A DNA stretch of 64,000 nucleotides from the human T2T-CHM13v2.0 reference genome, Homo sapiens, in NCBI RefSeq assembly GCF_009914755.1, contig NC_060928.1. The stretch is one strand, 5' to 3'. Each line of letters opens with the position of its first letter. Position 1 is the stretch's first letter. The notes under the pieces were generated by a model, which was given only the letters and a program-made list of their open reading frames with translations, did no database searches and had not been told where the DNA came from. Below, piece by piece: positions 36,889-51,790 of this stretch. Made by a program: the position numbers and the translations under genes.

Positions 36889-38360
36889 TGTGATTCTGTA
36901 GGCAGCTTATATAGAAATACCATATCAAAAGAGATGTAACAGGGGATGAGGAAGAAAAAAAAAGATACATAACATAACAGCCCTTGAAACAATTTGAGGC
37001 TTACAGTGAAGCCATCTTTGCTACCACTACTATTTTCCTCCTGATTTCTTGCATTTCATCAGCAGTAGTTTTTGGCCTCGTTTCAACAATGCTGAGGTGA
37101 CGATTCTTTTCTGCTCCAAACTCTTAACAGCTTTAATTAATAGCACTTATTCAGCTCATGCTTAGGAGTTTTATTTTTACAAAGTGATTTATGATCATTT
37201 TTATTAGTTATTCTAAATTGAGATTTAGAATGGCATGTCATAAAGAAAATGTTTCATGTTCGAGAAAGGAGACTATTCCTACCCAGCATTTGTCTAAATA
37301 GCTTAATTATGGCTGGATTACTCATAGATTGTTTAATTATTTATTCCTTAATCTGTGAATGTAAATACACCACTCCAACCTGCAATTATGGAAGGTCTGC
37401 AAACCTGAGTTGTGAAGTTCAACTGATATCTGTAAGAATTCTTGAGGCAAAGTTGAGTGTGCGTCACTATCAAAGAAAAAGGAAATTGGAATAATTATAT
37501 AAATTGTTAGGCACTAATGCAATCCAAAGTTAGTAGTGTGTGTAATAAAGCCATGCCACTTAGAAATCAACTATCAGAATAATGTTATTATTTTTCTTCA
37601 TATAAAAGTAATACATATTAATACAATATATATTAATGTGCTTGTAATAAGATCAAACTGGTAATTGGAAAATATCTTTTCACCTGATATGAATAAAAAT
37701 TGTCATTAAAATATATATTTCTGAATCAAATTTTAAGATTTTTTATGTCTAGATCTTTTGCATACCAAAATGATAAAAATTAGCATAAGCAATATTTTAT
37801 CATTGGCTTTGCACTTACTATTTTTGCATACATTATAGAATGTAATGTACAAATTCATAGCTCTGAAATTAGGAAATTTGAAAGGACATTTAATATTCTA
37901 ATTACATTAACTTAGTACATAATTTTCAGCCAGTTTTTGATTATTCAAAGACCTTCTGATCTTTGGATTTTGTGTACCTTAGTTTGCCTTTGGTGTCTGC
38001 CTTTTGGATATTACACTACACATGTAAGAATCTTTGTAAGAGGAGGCCTTGAGAAGGGAGAAATGATGAAACAGCGACCAGCTTCTTTGCTTGCTGGCAT
38101 CTCTAACAAGGAAAGCAACAGTGGGAAGAGGAAAATAAAACCAACTAAGAAACTCTATAGATCAGGGAAGTTAACACCCACCTGCCTTAAAGCCATATTT
38201 TCAGTTAAAATTTCCAGACTATCAAATGATGAAAAATGAATTTCATGAGATATTCCCTGTTTGCTATGGTGTTTATAAGAGGAAGAAACTATAAACAACA
38301 ACTGAAGTTTATGGGAAAAGACCAATTAAAAAATGAGAATGTCAGGCAAACACATCCTTG

Positions 38361-38364
<4 letters not shown>

Positions 38365-38406
<42 letters not shown>

Positions 38407-38432
38407 TCTCTCTCTCTCTCTCTTTCTCTCTC
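38365..38432 (+). repeat. Compound (TG)20(TC)n microsatellite
   Basis: Direct reading. Confidence 0.97.
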
Positions 38433-39629
38433 CCTTTTATTTTTATTTTTTAGGAACAAGTAATATAAACATGTAGCCACACAGCATCTCCATAGATATT
38501 AAATATGATAAAAAGATTTACAAATGTACAACTGTGACCTGAATGAAAGGGCATGTCTGAACACAACAAATCCAATTTTCTGCTTACACTGGCAAGGAAA
38601 CCAACTACTGTGCCTAAAAAAGCAGTTCATTTTATCAGCTAAATAAACAGACTAATCAACACCACTGATCCTCTGCTCCCACTTACCCAAAGCTTTTTGA
38701 AAAGCTGGAATGTTTCTCAAAGGCAAGCTATGGATTTCAGATGCTGAATTGAGGTTTTAAATACCCCCCAAATTCAAGTGATGGTTTCTATGGTGACTTT
38801 CCCTCAGCCACTTACTTAGAATGGCAAAGGGCCTCCTTTTGAAACATCAAATTCCCAAGTCCCTTTAGCCTTGTAGCAATGAGCCGAAAAAGGAATGACT
38901 GACTTTGAGCAGGGTATTTGGTGTTGGCAGGCGCTTCTTCTATCAATATAGATTTTGATTTCCCATCAGACTGGTTTCTGGATATTCTACTAGGACTTCA
39001 TCTCTCTTTGCCACTCATTGTGTTCGTGTTCTGGGTGAGGGCGGAGGAGAGTATGGGTAAAGTATGTGTGGGCCACCAGCAAGAGATGATTTAGCTTGTG
39101 TGTGCTTTTCAGAGTGCACTTCACGGAGAATGGGATGTGATTTGGAGAAGAGAGTGCTGAAGTGGCGTATCCCTTTATTTTCACCTGGGACACTTAAGGG
39201 TCCAGTCTTTTTGTCCATGAAATACCTGGGTGGATTTCGCAGTACTTCATATCTGTTTTATTAAAAATATATGTTGTTTATTAAAAAATAAAATAACAAA
39301 GTGAAAAGGAGAAATTGTAATTATAAAAGAAAAATAGAGACACAAATTTGTGTGTGTTCATATATGTGTATATGTGTATAGCTACATATCTATATCTAGA
39401 TAATGAAAATGGTATCATGCCTTGCATATAGCACTCTTCTGCAACTTACTGACTTTTTCCTAACATTGCATTGTGGATAGCTGAATGGATAGACCATAGA
39501 GTTTTAACCAATTTTCAGGGTTTTTTCAATTTTTTAATCTTACAACTTCAAACAATGATGCAGATAATATGTTTGTATAAATTTTTCTATCTCTCTCTTT
39601 CTCTTTTTATTGACTTGGGTAAATATTTT

Positions 39630-39945
<316 letters not shown>

Positions 39946-40127
39946 TAGGAGAAATTCTTAAAAATGGAGTTGCTGGGCCAAAAGTATTACTTTTATTATT
40001 ACTGTTTTCATTAAATGTGAAGATACAATACTTTTTGTAGAGCCCTGTATTACTCAGTGATGATCAACTAGCCTATATAAAAATCTGAGCATAGTTTCCA
40101 ATGCATTTGGTTTGATTTTTCTACAGC

Positions 40128-40217
40128 ATTCTAAAGTTCTATTCTATAGTTCTATAGTTCTATTCTATAGTATTCTATAGTTTGATTTTTCTATAGTATT
40201 TTTCTATAGTATAGTTC
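40128..40217 (+). repeat. Degenerate (TTCTATAG)n low-complexity array
   Basis: Repeated ttctatag units. Confidence 0.75.
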
Positions 40218-40257
40218 AGAAAAGAAAGATGTGTATTTCTGCAATTTGGAATCTGTC

Positions 40258-40510
40258 ATAATAATACCTAACATTTATTGAATGCTTACTATGCCAGACT
40301 TTCTAAGCACTTCACATCTATTTAATTCATGTACTTTTTACATCACCCTGATGAAGTAGAGGCTATTTGCTAATGTGAAAACTCAGCGTTAGAGAAACTA
40401 GGTAACATCAACCAAAGATATGCAGCTGGTAAATGAATGTGCCAGGATTAAAACCCATGTAGTCTGATTCTATAGTTACTAATCTTACTCATGACCCAAT
40501 ACTCTCTCTT
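40258..40510 (-). mobile_element. MIR
   Basis: ctaacatttattgaatgcttactatgccag...gccaggattaaaacccatgtagtctgattc. Confidence 0.8.
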
Positions 40511-43500
40511 CCTGGTTGACAATCTCTGTTTAGGAGGAACTAAATACATTCCCTATTGTTTTATCTTATTCATGTGTCTGGGTGAGTGTTAACTCCAGGC
40601 TTTTTTTTTTTCTTTTCAAGAACACAAGGACAGCCATTATAAATGCCAAATTTTGTTCAGCGCCATTTGGGTACTTGATAAAATTGTAATTCTTCTATTA
40701 TACATTGAGCTATTCTCATGTGGAACGCTTTCATTTCTATAGCAGTTTAGTAGTAATCAAAGGAACACTCACAGATTCAGGAACCAGCTTAAATAATGAG
40801 GAGAAGAAACCAGAAATAAGGGGAAATGTGGACAGAGGGAAAGGGGCGGTAATATGGAGTTGAGGAGGGTATTATGAGATGGGAGATGGACTAGATGAGG
40901 GATGAGGAAAGGTAGGAGCTTAGAAAAAAAGAAAGGAATGATTAAAAAAAAAGCAAGCAAGTAAGCAAACATTGGTCTAAGAAAGCAAATCAATGAAGAG
41001 GATTTGACTAAAAATATCCCCACCGAATAGAGTCAAAATACCCCCACTACCACAACCAACCACCACCTTATAATTAAAAACAAAAGGATTTGCACTAATT
41101 TTTCTTTACTGGCACACATTCCTTTCACATATGGACTAGATTATAAAAATGAGGCTTCGATAAGTTCTGAAGGAAGATCTACGTGTTGGAGAAGTAGGTT
41201 ACCTTCAATAATAAATATCCTCCAGATAAATATAAAAAACTTCAAGATGAAAAACATTGCAAATAAACCGTATTTTCACAGTACTGATTAGGGCTCTATG
41301 CCTGGGGGCTGGGGTATGTCTGCTGAGGGCCAGAGGGCGGAGAGACTTCCAGTGTTTCCAACTTGACTTTCCCTTAAGAAGATGAGTTATGAGTGAGCCC
41401 ATATCAGATGAGATATGGATTCTGATAGAGACATTAACCTGAGCCCTTCCCCACAAAGCAAATAGGCTTCTCACTGTGCATTAAGTAAATAATTTGTGCT
41501 ATTTCCCTAAAGGGAAGTACAGTGTTATGGAGTCAGAAAAGTTGTCAGGTAGCAATATGATTATTTCATTAACTCTACACGAACACTTATTGCCCTAGCC
41601 AAGCATCATCAGCTATATCCTATTGTTGTGTTTTACTGAGGGGATGATGTCAGTGACAGGGAATGTGGAGACAAGAAAGTCGTCTCCAGTTGCCGTCCAT
41701 TAGGTATAGAGTTGATGGTTCACTAGACTTCCATAGGGCAGGTCTCCAGCTATTCTCTTTTAATGATGACTGTTGGCTAACCTTATTTGTAATTAATGAA
41801 TTGCCTACATGTGTATTCATTTAATATTTATCTTTCATAGGAACTCTTCAGTAAGCTTCATGAGGACAAAGATTATATTATGTTTTGTGAACTGCTGTTT
41901 ATTCCCACTACTGAGCAGTGTTTGACACATAATATGCTATTAACTGTTGAATGAATGAATGAATGCTGCAAAACAGTGTAGGAGCCTGGCAGGTGATAAA
42001 AGATAATTAAATGCTGTAGGTATAATATTGTGTGCCAGGATAACTTTGTCAAGACCTTTTAAGAGATGAAAGAAAGACAACATGATGCTGACAGGGAACA
42101 ATGTATACCTACATGGATTATTTAATCTGTTCTCAGAGTTTATGAAAGGAATAAAATGGTGTAGAAATGGATGTATTCCTCTCCTCTCTAATTCTGACCA
42201 TACTCCTATCCCAATCTACTAATTGGGTATAGAATTACAGTGAGTTTTGCAATTCCATAGGAAATAATGAGTTTAATAATGAAGACTATTCTAGTGCTTA
42301 TTTTCATGCCAAGCAGTGGCCTTAATTCAATCAACATCACTTTGAAGAGGTTATTCTTGCTCACCTCAGTTGAAGATAGAATATAGACTGAGGCATTCAA
42401 TATGTTTGGTGGACTGAGAGGGTTATTTACAATTATTTTGGTGCTGTAAATTGTGTCTTTGCATGGTCACTGAACTACTAGTAATACCGTCACTCCCACC
42501 ACCGGCATCAACATTGTCACTACCACCATAATAAGATCAGTTACTGAGATAATAAGTAGGAGAGCCATGCTTTGAATCCAGGGTGGCCTGACTCCAAAGC
42601 GCATGCCCTTTCTGTTGTGCTCTTGCCACAAAGTGTAATATTCATAGGCAAATCCTCCTACAGGGAGTAGGACAGTTACATCCTGTTTGATGGCACCACT
42701 GTCAGGTACTCTTAATCAGACAATTCCAAGGTTTTTGTGGTCTCAGTTCAAGCCTAAGCAGCAGAACTCCTAAGTTCAGTCTCTGCTAACCTTTAACTAA
42801 TCTCTTATTGCTCCTTGTCCTTATCTTTTAAATGGATTCATAGTTCATGAGAGAGGGGTGTGAACCACTAATGAATGTAGACCACAGGGGAGAGTGGATT
42901 AAAGAGATTAGCTCAGGAAAGAACAATATATTATCACTGTGAAAGAACATTTTATCTTTGTGTTTGATTTTGGGTCTAGGTGTATTAAAACCCAGAAAAA
43001 GAAAAAATAATTATGATAATTCTTTACGGCTACCATGTGTGGTCAAACTTTTATTACGTAAGGTTAGAGAGACAAGACGCTTAAGGACCCATCAAACATT
43101 TATTTGCTATTTCAATTGTATTTCTTTTTCGCCTGCTCTATTGCTCTTGATTTTGTTGTATATGCCATGTTTGGGAACATTCTTTTTCACTAGAACCATG
43201 TTCCTAAAATTGTACTATGGTTCGTCATGAGGAATAATTCAATCTTTGACACAGACTGGGGGTCAGGGAGCTAGAAATCAGAATCATACAGATAGAAAGG
43301 AAAGAACTTTTTAGAAAGTGATTGGTTGCACAAACTGGCAAGAAAACAATTTTAGGCCAGGTTGGTAACATCAGATGCATTATTTGGTCACAGGGGTAGA
43401 CAGACCGTTAATACTTTTTATGAAGTTAATCTTCACTTTTACTTCATAGTGAGAGTAGTTAGGGTGTGGGCTTTATTTTTGTCATTCCAGTTTTATTAGG

Positions 43501-43947
43501 TTGTCTACTTTAAGTGAAATGGGAGTGTGCACTTCATGGTGTGTGGCATTAGTGCTTCCAAGGAGTGTGCCCCAAATCAGCCACATTTTAATTTAGATGT
43601 ATCTGTACAAAGTAATAGACTGCTTTGCTAGATATTCTAGTCTTAGTATTTCTATACTTCCCTTTAACTCCAAAATACCAGATATAGTCTTTGGTCTGTT
43701 TTCTTCTGCTGTGATGTCACAGAGCAGTTTTGTTGCATTCCAATCATTGATGTAATATGATAAGTGACTTATCTCAGTCGGCTTCAACACAGAAGTTTGG
43801 GCTGAGTGAGGAGGCATGGTATAGTCTAAAATAAAACAAAACAGTAGATATATAGACTTACTAAGAAGACCTAAAAGATATTTTCATCGATAAATGTGAT
43901 TCTGTTTCAATATATTTTTATTAATGTAGTCTGCCTTTAGTCTAAAC

Positions 43948-44130
43948 CAGGGGTTGGCAAAGTGTGGCCCTCTGTGGCCAAATCTGGTCACATCCATTAT
44001 TTGCATATCACCTATAGCTGCTTTCTCACAACAGTGGCAGAACTGAGTAGTTGAGACAAAGAATATATGGCTGGCAAAGCCCAAAACATTTACTATCTGA
44101 CTCTTTACAGAAAAAGTCTGGCAACCTCTG
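43948..44130 (+). mobile_element. MER58A hAT MITE
   Basis: caggggttggcaaa...ggcaacctctg termini; 8-bp TSD gtctaaac/gtttaaac. Confidence 0.9.
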
Positions 44131-44225
44131 GTTTAAACTAATTTCTTGTCCTATTTCTTATTAAGTATACACTCATGAAATATAACAAGCCCCTACATTC
44201 AAACTCTTCAGAAAAAAGGAAAAGC

Positions 44226-44660
44226 AGCCCGAGTGTGGTGGCTCACGCCTATAATCCCAGCATTTTGGGAGGCCAAGGTGGGCGGATCACCTGAGGTCAG
44301 GAGTTTGAGACCAGCCTGGCCAACATGGCAAAACCCCGACTCTACTAAAAATACAAAAATAAGCTGGGCATGGTGGCTCACACCTATAATCCCAGCATTT
44401 TGGGAGGCCAAGGTGGGCAGATTACCTGAGGTCAGGAGTTTGAGACCAGCCTGGCCAACATGGTGAAACCCTGTCTCTACTAAAAATAAAAAAATAAGCT
44501 GGGCATGGTGACGCATGACTGTAATCCCAGCTACTCAAGAGAGTGAGACAGGAGAATCGCTTGAACCTGGGAGGTGGAGGTTGTAGGGAGCCGAGATCGT
44601 GCACTGCACTCCAGCCTGGGGAACAGAGGGAGACTCTGTCTCCAAAAAAAAAAAAAAAAA
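44226..44660 (+). mobile_element. AluS with tandemly duplicated left arm
   Basis: Two left monomers (about 44226 and 44362) then right arm and A-tail; short TSD aaaagca. Confidence 0.92.
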
Positions 44661-46144
44661 GCATTATTTTGAAGTTCCTCTTATTATAGTACACCATTAA
44701 AACATGACATAGTAAGTCCCAAAATAAAAATTTCTATATAGCAGCTGGAACATTCTAAGGCTTTAAACCCTAAGTGTGTTAGTTTACTTTGTGGAAAGAA
44801 ATGAAAAAACAAAACAAACAAACAAAAAAACCCGTAAGACCTAAAACCATAAAAACACCCAGAAGAAAACCTAGGCAATACCATTCAGGACATAGGCATG
44901 GGCAAAGACTTCATGACTAAAACACCAAAAGCAATGGCAACAAAAGCCAAAATTGACAAATGGGATCTAATTAAACTAAAGAGCTTCTGCACAGCAAAAG
45001 AAACTATCATCAGAGCGAACAGGCAACCCACAGAATGGGAGAAAGTTTTTGCAATCTACTCAACTGACAAAGGGCTAATATCCAGAATCTACAAAGAACT
45101 TAAACAAATTTACAAGAAAAAAACAAAAAAACCATCAAAAAGTGGGCAAAAGATAGGAACAGACACTTCTCAAAAGAAGACATTTATGTGGCCAACAAAT
45201 ATATGAAAAAAAGCTCATCATCACTGGTCATTAGAGAAATGCAAATCAAAACCACAATGAGATAGCATCTCAAGCCAGTCAGAATGGTGATCATTAAAAA
45301 GTCAGGAAACAACAAATGCTGGAGAGGATGTGGAGAAATAGGAACACTTTTTCACTGTTGGTGGGAGTGTAAATTAGTTCAACCATTGTGGAAGCAGTGT
45401 GGAGATTCCTCAAGGATCTAAAACCAGAAATACCATTTGACCCAGCAATCCCATTACTGGGTATATACCCAAAGGATTATAAATCATTCTGCTACAAAGA
45501 AACTTGCACACGTATGTTTATTGCAGCACTGTTTACAATAGCAAAGACTTGGAACCAACCCAAATGCCCATCAATGATGGTCTGGATAAAGAAAATGTGG
45601 CACATATACACCATGTAATACTATGCAGCTATAAAAAAGAATGAATTCATGTCCTTTGCAGGGACATGTATGAAGCTGGAAACCATCATTCTCAGCAAAC
45701 TAACAGAGGAACAGAAAACCAAACACCACATGTTCTCACTCATAAGTGGGAGTTGAACAAAGAGAACACATGGACACAGGGAGGCGAACTTCACACATTG
45801 GGGCCTGTCAGGGGGTGGGGGACTAGGGGACAGGATAGCATTAGGAGAAATACCTAATGTAGATGATGGGTTGACAGGTGCAGCAAACCACCATGGCACA
45901 TGTATAGCTATGTAACAAACCTGCACATTCTGCACATGTATCCCAGAAGTTAAAGTATAATGATAATTAAAAAATGAATTTAACTAATAAAAAAAACATT
46001 ATTTTGAAATTCTTCTTGTTACAGTACATCATTAAAACGTGACCCAATGAGTCCCAAAATAAAAATTTCTATATGGCAGCTGGAACATTCTAAGGCTTTA
46101 AATGCTAGGTGCGTTAGTTTACTTTTTGGAAAGAAATGAAAAAA
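44661..46144 (+). repeat. 149-bp direct repeats (44661-44809 and 45996-46144) flanking the L1
   Basis: Ungapped alignment at offset 1335, about 17 mismatches by manual count. Confidence 0.95.
44833..45975 (+). mobile_element. 5'-truncated L1PA (about L1PA7-8) 3' end
   Basis: ORF2 C-terminal peptides; 3'UTR gggttgacaggtgcagcaaaccaccatggc...cccagaagttaaagtataa. Confidence 0.93.
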
Positions 46145-47199
46145 AAAATAATGTGAGCACATGTAGTTACTGTTTTTTAGGAGCTTCCAGAATCTTAACA
46201 TTTTGAGCAAGTACCAATATTGGTATTATCCACAGAGCATAATAGTGAAAGCAGAAGTAAAGCCAAGAGCCTTGAGTCCAGTTGTTTTGTCCATAAAAAG
46301 AAAAATTTCCTATTGATAATGGATCTGCAAGGGTAATAAGATCTTATTGGTTTACTAAGGAGTGAAATGTTATTAAATAGCAGCACTGTTAGAGTCAGGA
46401 GGCAGTGGCTAAAAAAACTGCTATCTTGGGAAATATTGTTTATTGTTAACACTTGCTGTACTCACCCATATGAAGGAGTGATCAGCCACTAAATATTTTT
46501 GATTGTTGTAGAGGCAAAACAAATTGACTTTATTCACTCAAAGGATAGCAGGTCCTAATCCCTAGGAAAATAATATACTTTTAAAGTTTAGTTTGTTGCA
46601 TTAAAACAGTTTTCAAATCAAGGTATTCTTTTGAAAGAACTATCCTAATAACAAAGACCAAATTCTGTTAGTTCACAGGTCTCATAAGAAAGGTGAAGAG
46701 AAAATATGGGGTGTTAATAAAAGAAAAAATACAGTGTAAACAAAACAGCTTTGTGTTCCAATGCCCTGTTTGGCATACATAATAATTTTATCCATAAGCA
46801 GTCTATTTTATTTGTAGCTCTACTTCTGTGAACTTAGAGATATCTGCAGGAAAACTGCTTATGGAATGTAAATGAAATCATGAGATTTGAAATATGCATC
46901 AGGGTTTTAAAATGTGTCTTCCTTTGACTCTAGCTTTTATGAAATTTGAATACACAGTACTATCAAACTTAATTTTTCCAAGAAGAATTAAGTGCCCAAT
47001 TTATGTCTGAGCTTCAGATTCCTTGTCTGTCTCATAGTTACCACTAACACAGTTATTTAAACTTCATTTGGGTAAGTGAAATGACATTTAGTTTAAAAAT
47101 TTTGTTTGGAGATTGCATGCTCCTCTAGAATGTAGGGTTGAACTGTACAGGCAGATAGGATTATAGTTCAGATGTATTTTTTCCTTGAATGTTTGAGTA

Positions 47200-47806
47200 A
47201 CTGGCTGATCTGAATACCACTGCTGCTTGATGAATTATTACAAAACTTAGTAACTTACAACAATAAGCATTTTATTATGTTCACAGATTCTGTGGGATAG
47301 GACAGGGCACAGCAAAATGGCTTGCTTATTCTTCATAGTGGTTAGGATTCCAGCTGAAGAGATTTGAGGGCTGGAGTGATTTGATGGCAGGGAGTCGGAA
47401 TCATTTGGAGGTTCCTTGACTCACATGTGCCTGTGTTGGGAAGACTTGAAGACTAGAGCTGCTAACCAGACTACCTACAGAGAGGTGGCTTCTCCATGTG
47501 GCCACTCCAACTAGCTTGGCTTGGAGCCAAGCAAGGCAGCATTAGGACAATTGGGTTTCTTATACAGCAGCTCAAGTCTCCAAGCATGGCTATTCTGGCA
47601 AACAAAGTAGTAGCTGCATCATCTATGCCACATAGCCTTATTCCACTGTGCTGTATTGGTCAAAGCGGTCCCAAGTACATCCAGTTTTAAGGAGATGAGA
47701 ATTAGACTCTGCCTTTTGAAAGGGGAGTGGCGAGGTCACATCAGAGAAGAGGATGTGGAAGTGGAGATGTTAGGGAGACCCTCTTTGGGAAATATAATCT
47801 GTGACA
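47200..47806 (-). mobile_element. MLT1-type MaLR LTR
   Basis: caaaacttagtaacttacaacaata...ctttggaaatataatctgtgaca. Confidence 0.7.
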
Positions 47807-48435
47807 TTGGCCAAAGAAAAAGTGAGTATACAATCAGGAGAATGTAAGTGTTATGTTAAAAGTGAAATGTTAACATTTTTGTGATGTTGATTATTTATTA
47901 GAATTGGATGTCTAATAGACATCTCAAACTTCTTATGTTCAAAATAGTTTTTTCTCTTTCCTCAAAAATCGAAACAGTGATTTTTGTCTTCCCCACTGTT
48001 GGTCTTCAAGTTTCTCCATCTTAGAAAATGGCACCATTTCCAAAACAAAATGTAGGAGTCACCTTTGATTTTTCTTGTTCTTTCAACTCTTACATCTAAT
48101 GTGTCAACAAGTTCACTTAGTTCTACCTCCAAAATGTCTTTCAAATTTATTCACTTCTCTCTATCTTCAGTCCTCACCCCTGCCTTAGTCTGTTTTGTGC
48201 TGCTAAAATAGAATACCTAAGGCTGGGTAATGTCTTTTTTTATTTTTTGAAATTATTTATTTGTTTTTTTAAAATTTTTATATTTTTTGTGAATACATAG
48301 TAGGTGTATATATTTATAGGTTACATAAAATATTTTGATATAGGCATGCAATGTGTAATAATCACACCAGGGTAAATGGGGCATCTATTACCTCAAGCAT
48401 TTATCCTTTGTGTTACAAACAATTCAATTATACTC

Positions 48436-48740
48436 TTTTTTTTTTTTTTTTTTTTTTGAGATGGGGTCTCATTCTGTTGCTCAGGCTGGAGTACAGTGGT
48501 GCAATCTCGGTTCACCGTAACCTCCGCGTCCTGGGTTCAAGTGATTCTCCTGCCTCAGCCTCCCAAGTAGCTGGAATTCCAGGCCCACGCCACTGTGCCT
48601 GGCTAATTTTTTGTATTTCTAGTAGAGATGGGGTTTCACCATGTTGGCCAGGCTGGTCTCGAACTCCTGACCTCAGATGATCTGCCTGCCTCAGCCTCCC
48701 AAAGTGCTGGGATTACAGGCGTGAGCCACTGCTTCTGGCC
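48436..48740 (-). mobile_element. AluS
   Basis: Poly-T plus antisense dimer. Confidence 0.95.
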
Positions 48741-49269
48741 TCTTTTAAATGTACAATTAAATTATTTTTGACTATAGTCAAACTGTTGTGCTAGCAAATA
48801 TCAGGTCTTTTAAATTCTTTCTATTTTTTTGTACCCATTAGCCCTCCCCACTTTCCCCCACCACCCCCACTACCCTTTTCATCCTCTGGTAACCATCCTT
48901 CTACTATTTCCATGAGTTCAATTGTTTTGATTTTTAGCTCCCACAAATAAGTGAGAACATGTGAAATTTGCCTTTCTGTGCCTGGCTCATTTCACTTCAC
49001 ATAATGACCTCCAGTTTCATCCATATTGCTGCAAATGACAGGATCTCATTCATTTTTAAGGCTGAATAGTACTCCACTGTGTATATGTACCACACTTTAT
49101 GCATTCCCCTGTTGATGGGCACTTAGGTTGCTTCCAAATCTTGGCTATTATGACCACTGCTGCAATAAACATGGGCATGCAGATATCTCTTTGATATATT
49201 GATTTCCTTTTTTTGGGGGGTATATACCTAGGAGTGGGATTGCTGAATCATAAGGCAGCTCTATTTTTA

Positions 49270-49613
<344 letters not shown>

Positions 49614-50829
49614 TAGTGGTTATACTAATTTATATTACATAAAAGCCATTTTAATTGGGGTGAGCCGATATCTCACTGTGGTTCTGATTTGCATTTCTCT
49701 GATGATCGATGATGTCGAGCACCTTTTCATATACCTGTTTGCCATCTGTGTGTCTTCTTTTGAGAAATGTGTATTTAGATCTTTTGCCCATTTTTAAATT
49801 GGATTACTTGAGTTTTTTCCTTATAGAGTTGTTTGAGCTCCTTATATATTCTGGTTATTAATCCCTTGTCAAATGGGTAGTTTGCAAATATTTTCTTCCA
49901 TTCTGTGGGTTGTCTCTTCACTTTGTCAATAAGACTGGGTAATTTATAATGAACCGAAATATATTGTATCACAGGTCTGGAGGCAGGGAAGTCCAAGATC
50001 AAGGTGTCAGCATGTGGCAAGGGCCTTCTTGCCAGTTCAGTTCTAAGAATGAACTTCCCGGATTCTAAATTTGATCATGTGCCACCCTTGTTTATAAATC
50101 TTCAGTAGTTTCTGATTGCACTTGGAATAAGATCTTAATTCCTTCCTAGACTTACAAAACCCTGCAAGATTTGTCTCTTGCCTCCTTCTCCAAACCTCAT
50201 TTCATCACTACTCTCTCTGCTCATTCACTGTGCTCTACCGTCACCGATCTCCCTTTGTTCCTCAACCCTCAAGTGCCTTTGAATCTGCTGTTTTCTCTGC
50301 CTAGAGCACATTCCCCAACATGCTCTGCATGGCTGGATCCTTTAACGTGAGCTGTTGCCTCCTTAGGCCTTCCCTGTCCAGCCAATCTAAATATTCTACC
50401 TCATTACTCTCTCCTTTATCATCCTATTTATTTCTATAGTAGAAATTATCTTATTATTTTATATGTTTGTTTACTTGTTTACTGCCTCTCTTATCAACTA
50501 GAAGTTAAGCTTCCTGAAGACAGTGGCCTTGTCTATCTTGCTCATCCCTGTTTCTTCAGTACTTTGCTGAATCTTGTGTATAATAGGCATTCCATAAATA
50601 TTTTTTGAATGAATAAATGAAAGACAGTTTAAAACAAGAGGAAAATTACATGTTTAAGTCTAATTTCTCATGAAAACTTACCCATATTTTACTCAAGCCA
50701 ATAGCTGAATATAAAAGATGACTTTTACATGACTAGTCACAGAAGAATTAAAACTTACAAGTGTTTTTGGTCTCAATATTACCTATCAAGGGGGCTTTTA
50801 CTATAATTGAACTTGTAAACATTATTAAC

Positions 50830-51790
50830 TTCATTTATTAATTGTTTTATTTATTCATTCAGCTTTTAGTGAGAGCCTACTATATGCATAGGACTGTTCT
50901 AGAGCAGACAAATAATGTAAAAATGCATAAGACACATTTCCTACTTTCACAGAGCCTAAAATTTAGTGGAGGATATAAGAAACATATACCAAAAGCCTCA
51001 ATACTGGTGATGGTGTTGGTGACATTTAAGTGGCATAGTCTAAATGCTATCAGTATGGAGGAGAGGTCTTTAGGGCTGAACTAATCAGAGAATATTGATT
51101 AGGCCAACATTTAAATTGGATATTTTAAAATAAGGCTTTTAATAGGTAGAGATGAAAATTGAGGAAATAAAGACATTCCTGGTAAAATACATGGCATGAG
51201 CAAGGGACTGGGACCAAGAAAATAAAATACATGTTTAGAAAATGGTGAGAAATCTAGGCTGAGTGGAGAATCAAACTGTGTATGGGGTCAGTAGCAAATA
51301 CAGCTGGTTGAAGCCATGTCATGAAATGCTACTAACTCCAAGCTAAATAACATGGATTTCATTCAACAGTTGATGAAGAATTACTGAAGAACTACTGAAA
51401 AATTTTTGTTTGTTTTGTTTTGTTTTTTTTTTTTAAGAATGGTGGGAGGTTCATCAAAACAGTGCTTTAGGAAAATTAACGTGGCTTTGCGTGCAGGCTG
51501 GACTGCAAATGGAGAGTGTGGAGAGGAGAGTGTGGATGTTGGGAGGTCATACTTTATCCATCAAGGACCAAGTGGTGCCAACTTTCTTTATGTACCTCCT
51601 ACAGGTAGATTGAGAAGGCACAGTATAGTAGAAAGAGCATAGGCCTAAGCCTAGTTACAGAACCCTGGCTTCGTAACTTTGGTACTTGAGTGACTTGAGG
51701 TCAGTCACTTGATGTTTCTGAGCCTCTGTTCCCTCAATTGTAGAACAGGGGTAATTTTTATCCTGTTGTCTAGTTTCCATGGGAATTAGG
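50830..51790. mobile_element. Antisense L2 remnant followed by a MIR (about 51610-51790, +)
   Basis: ttcattcagc...gagcctactatatgc; gtgacttgaggtcagtcacttg...tctgagcctctgttccctc. Confidence 0.6.
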
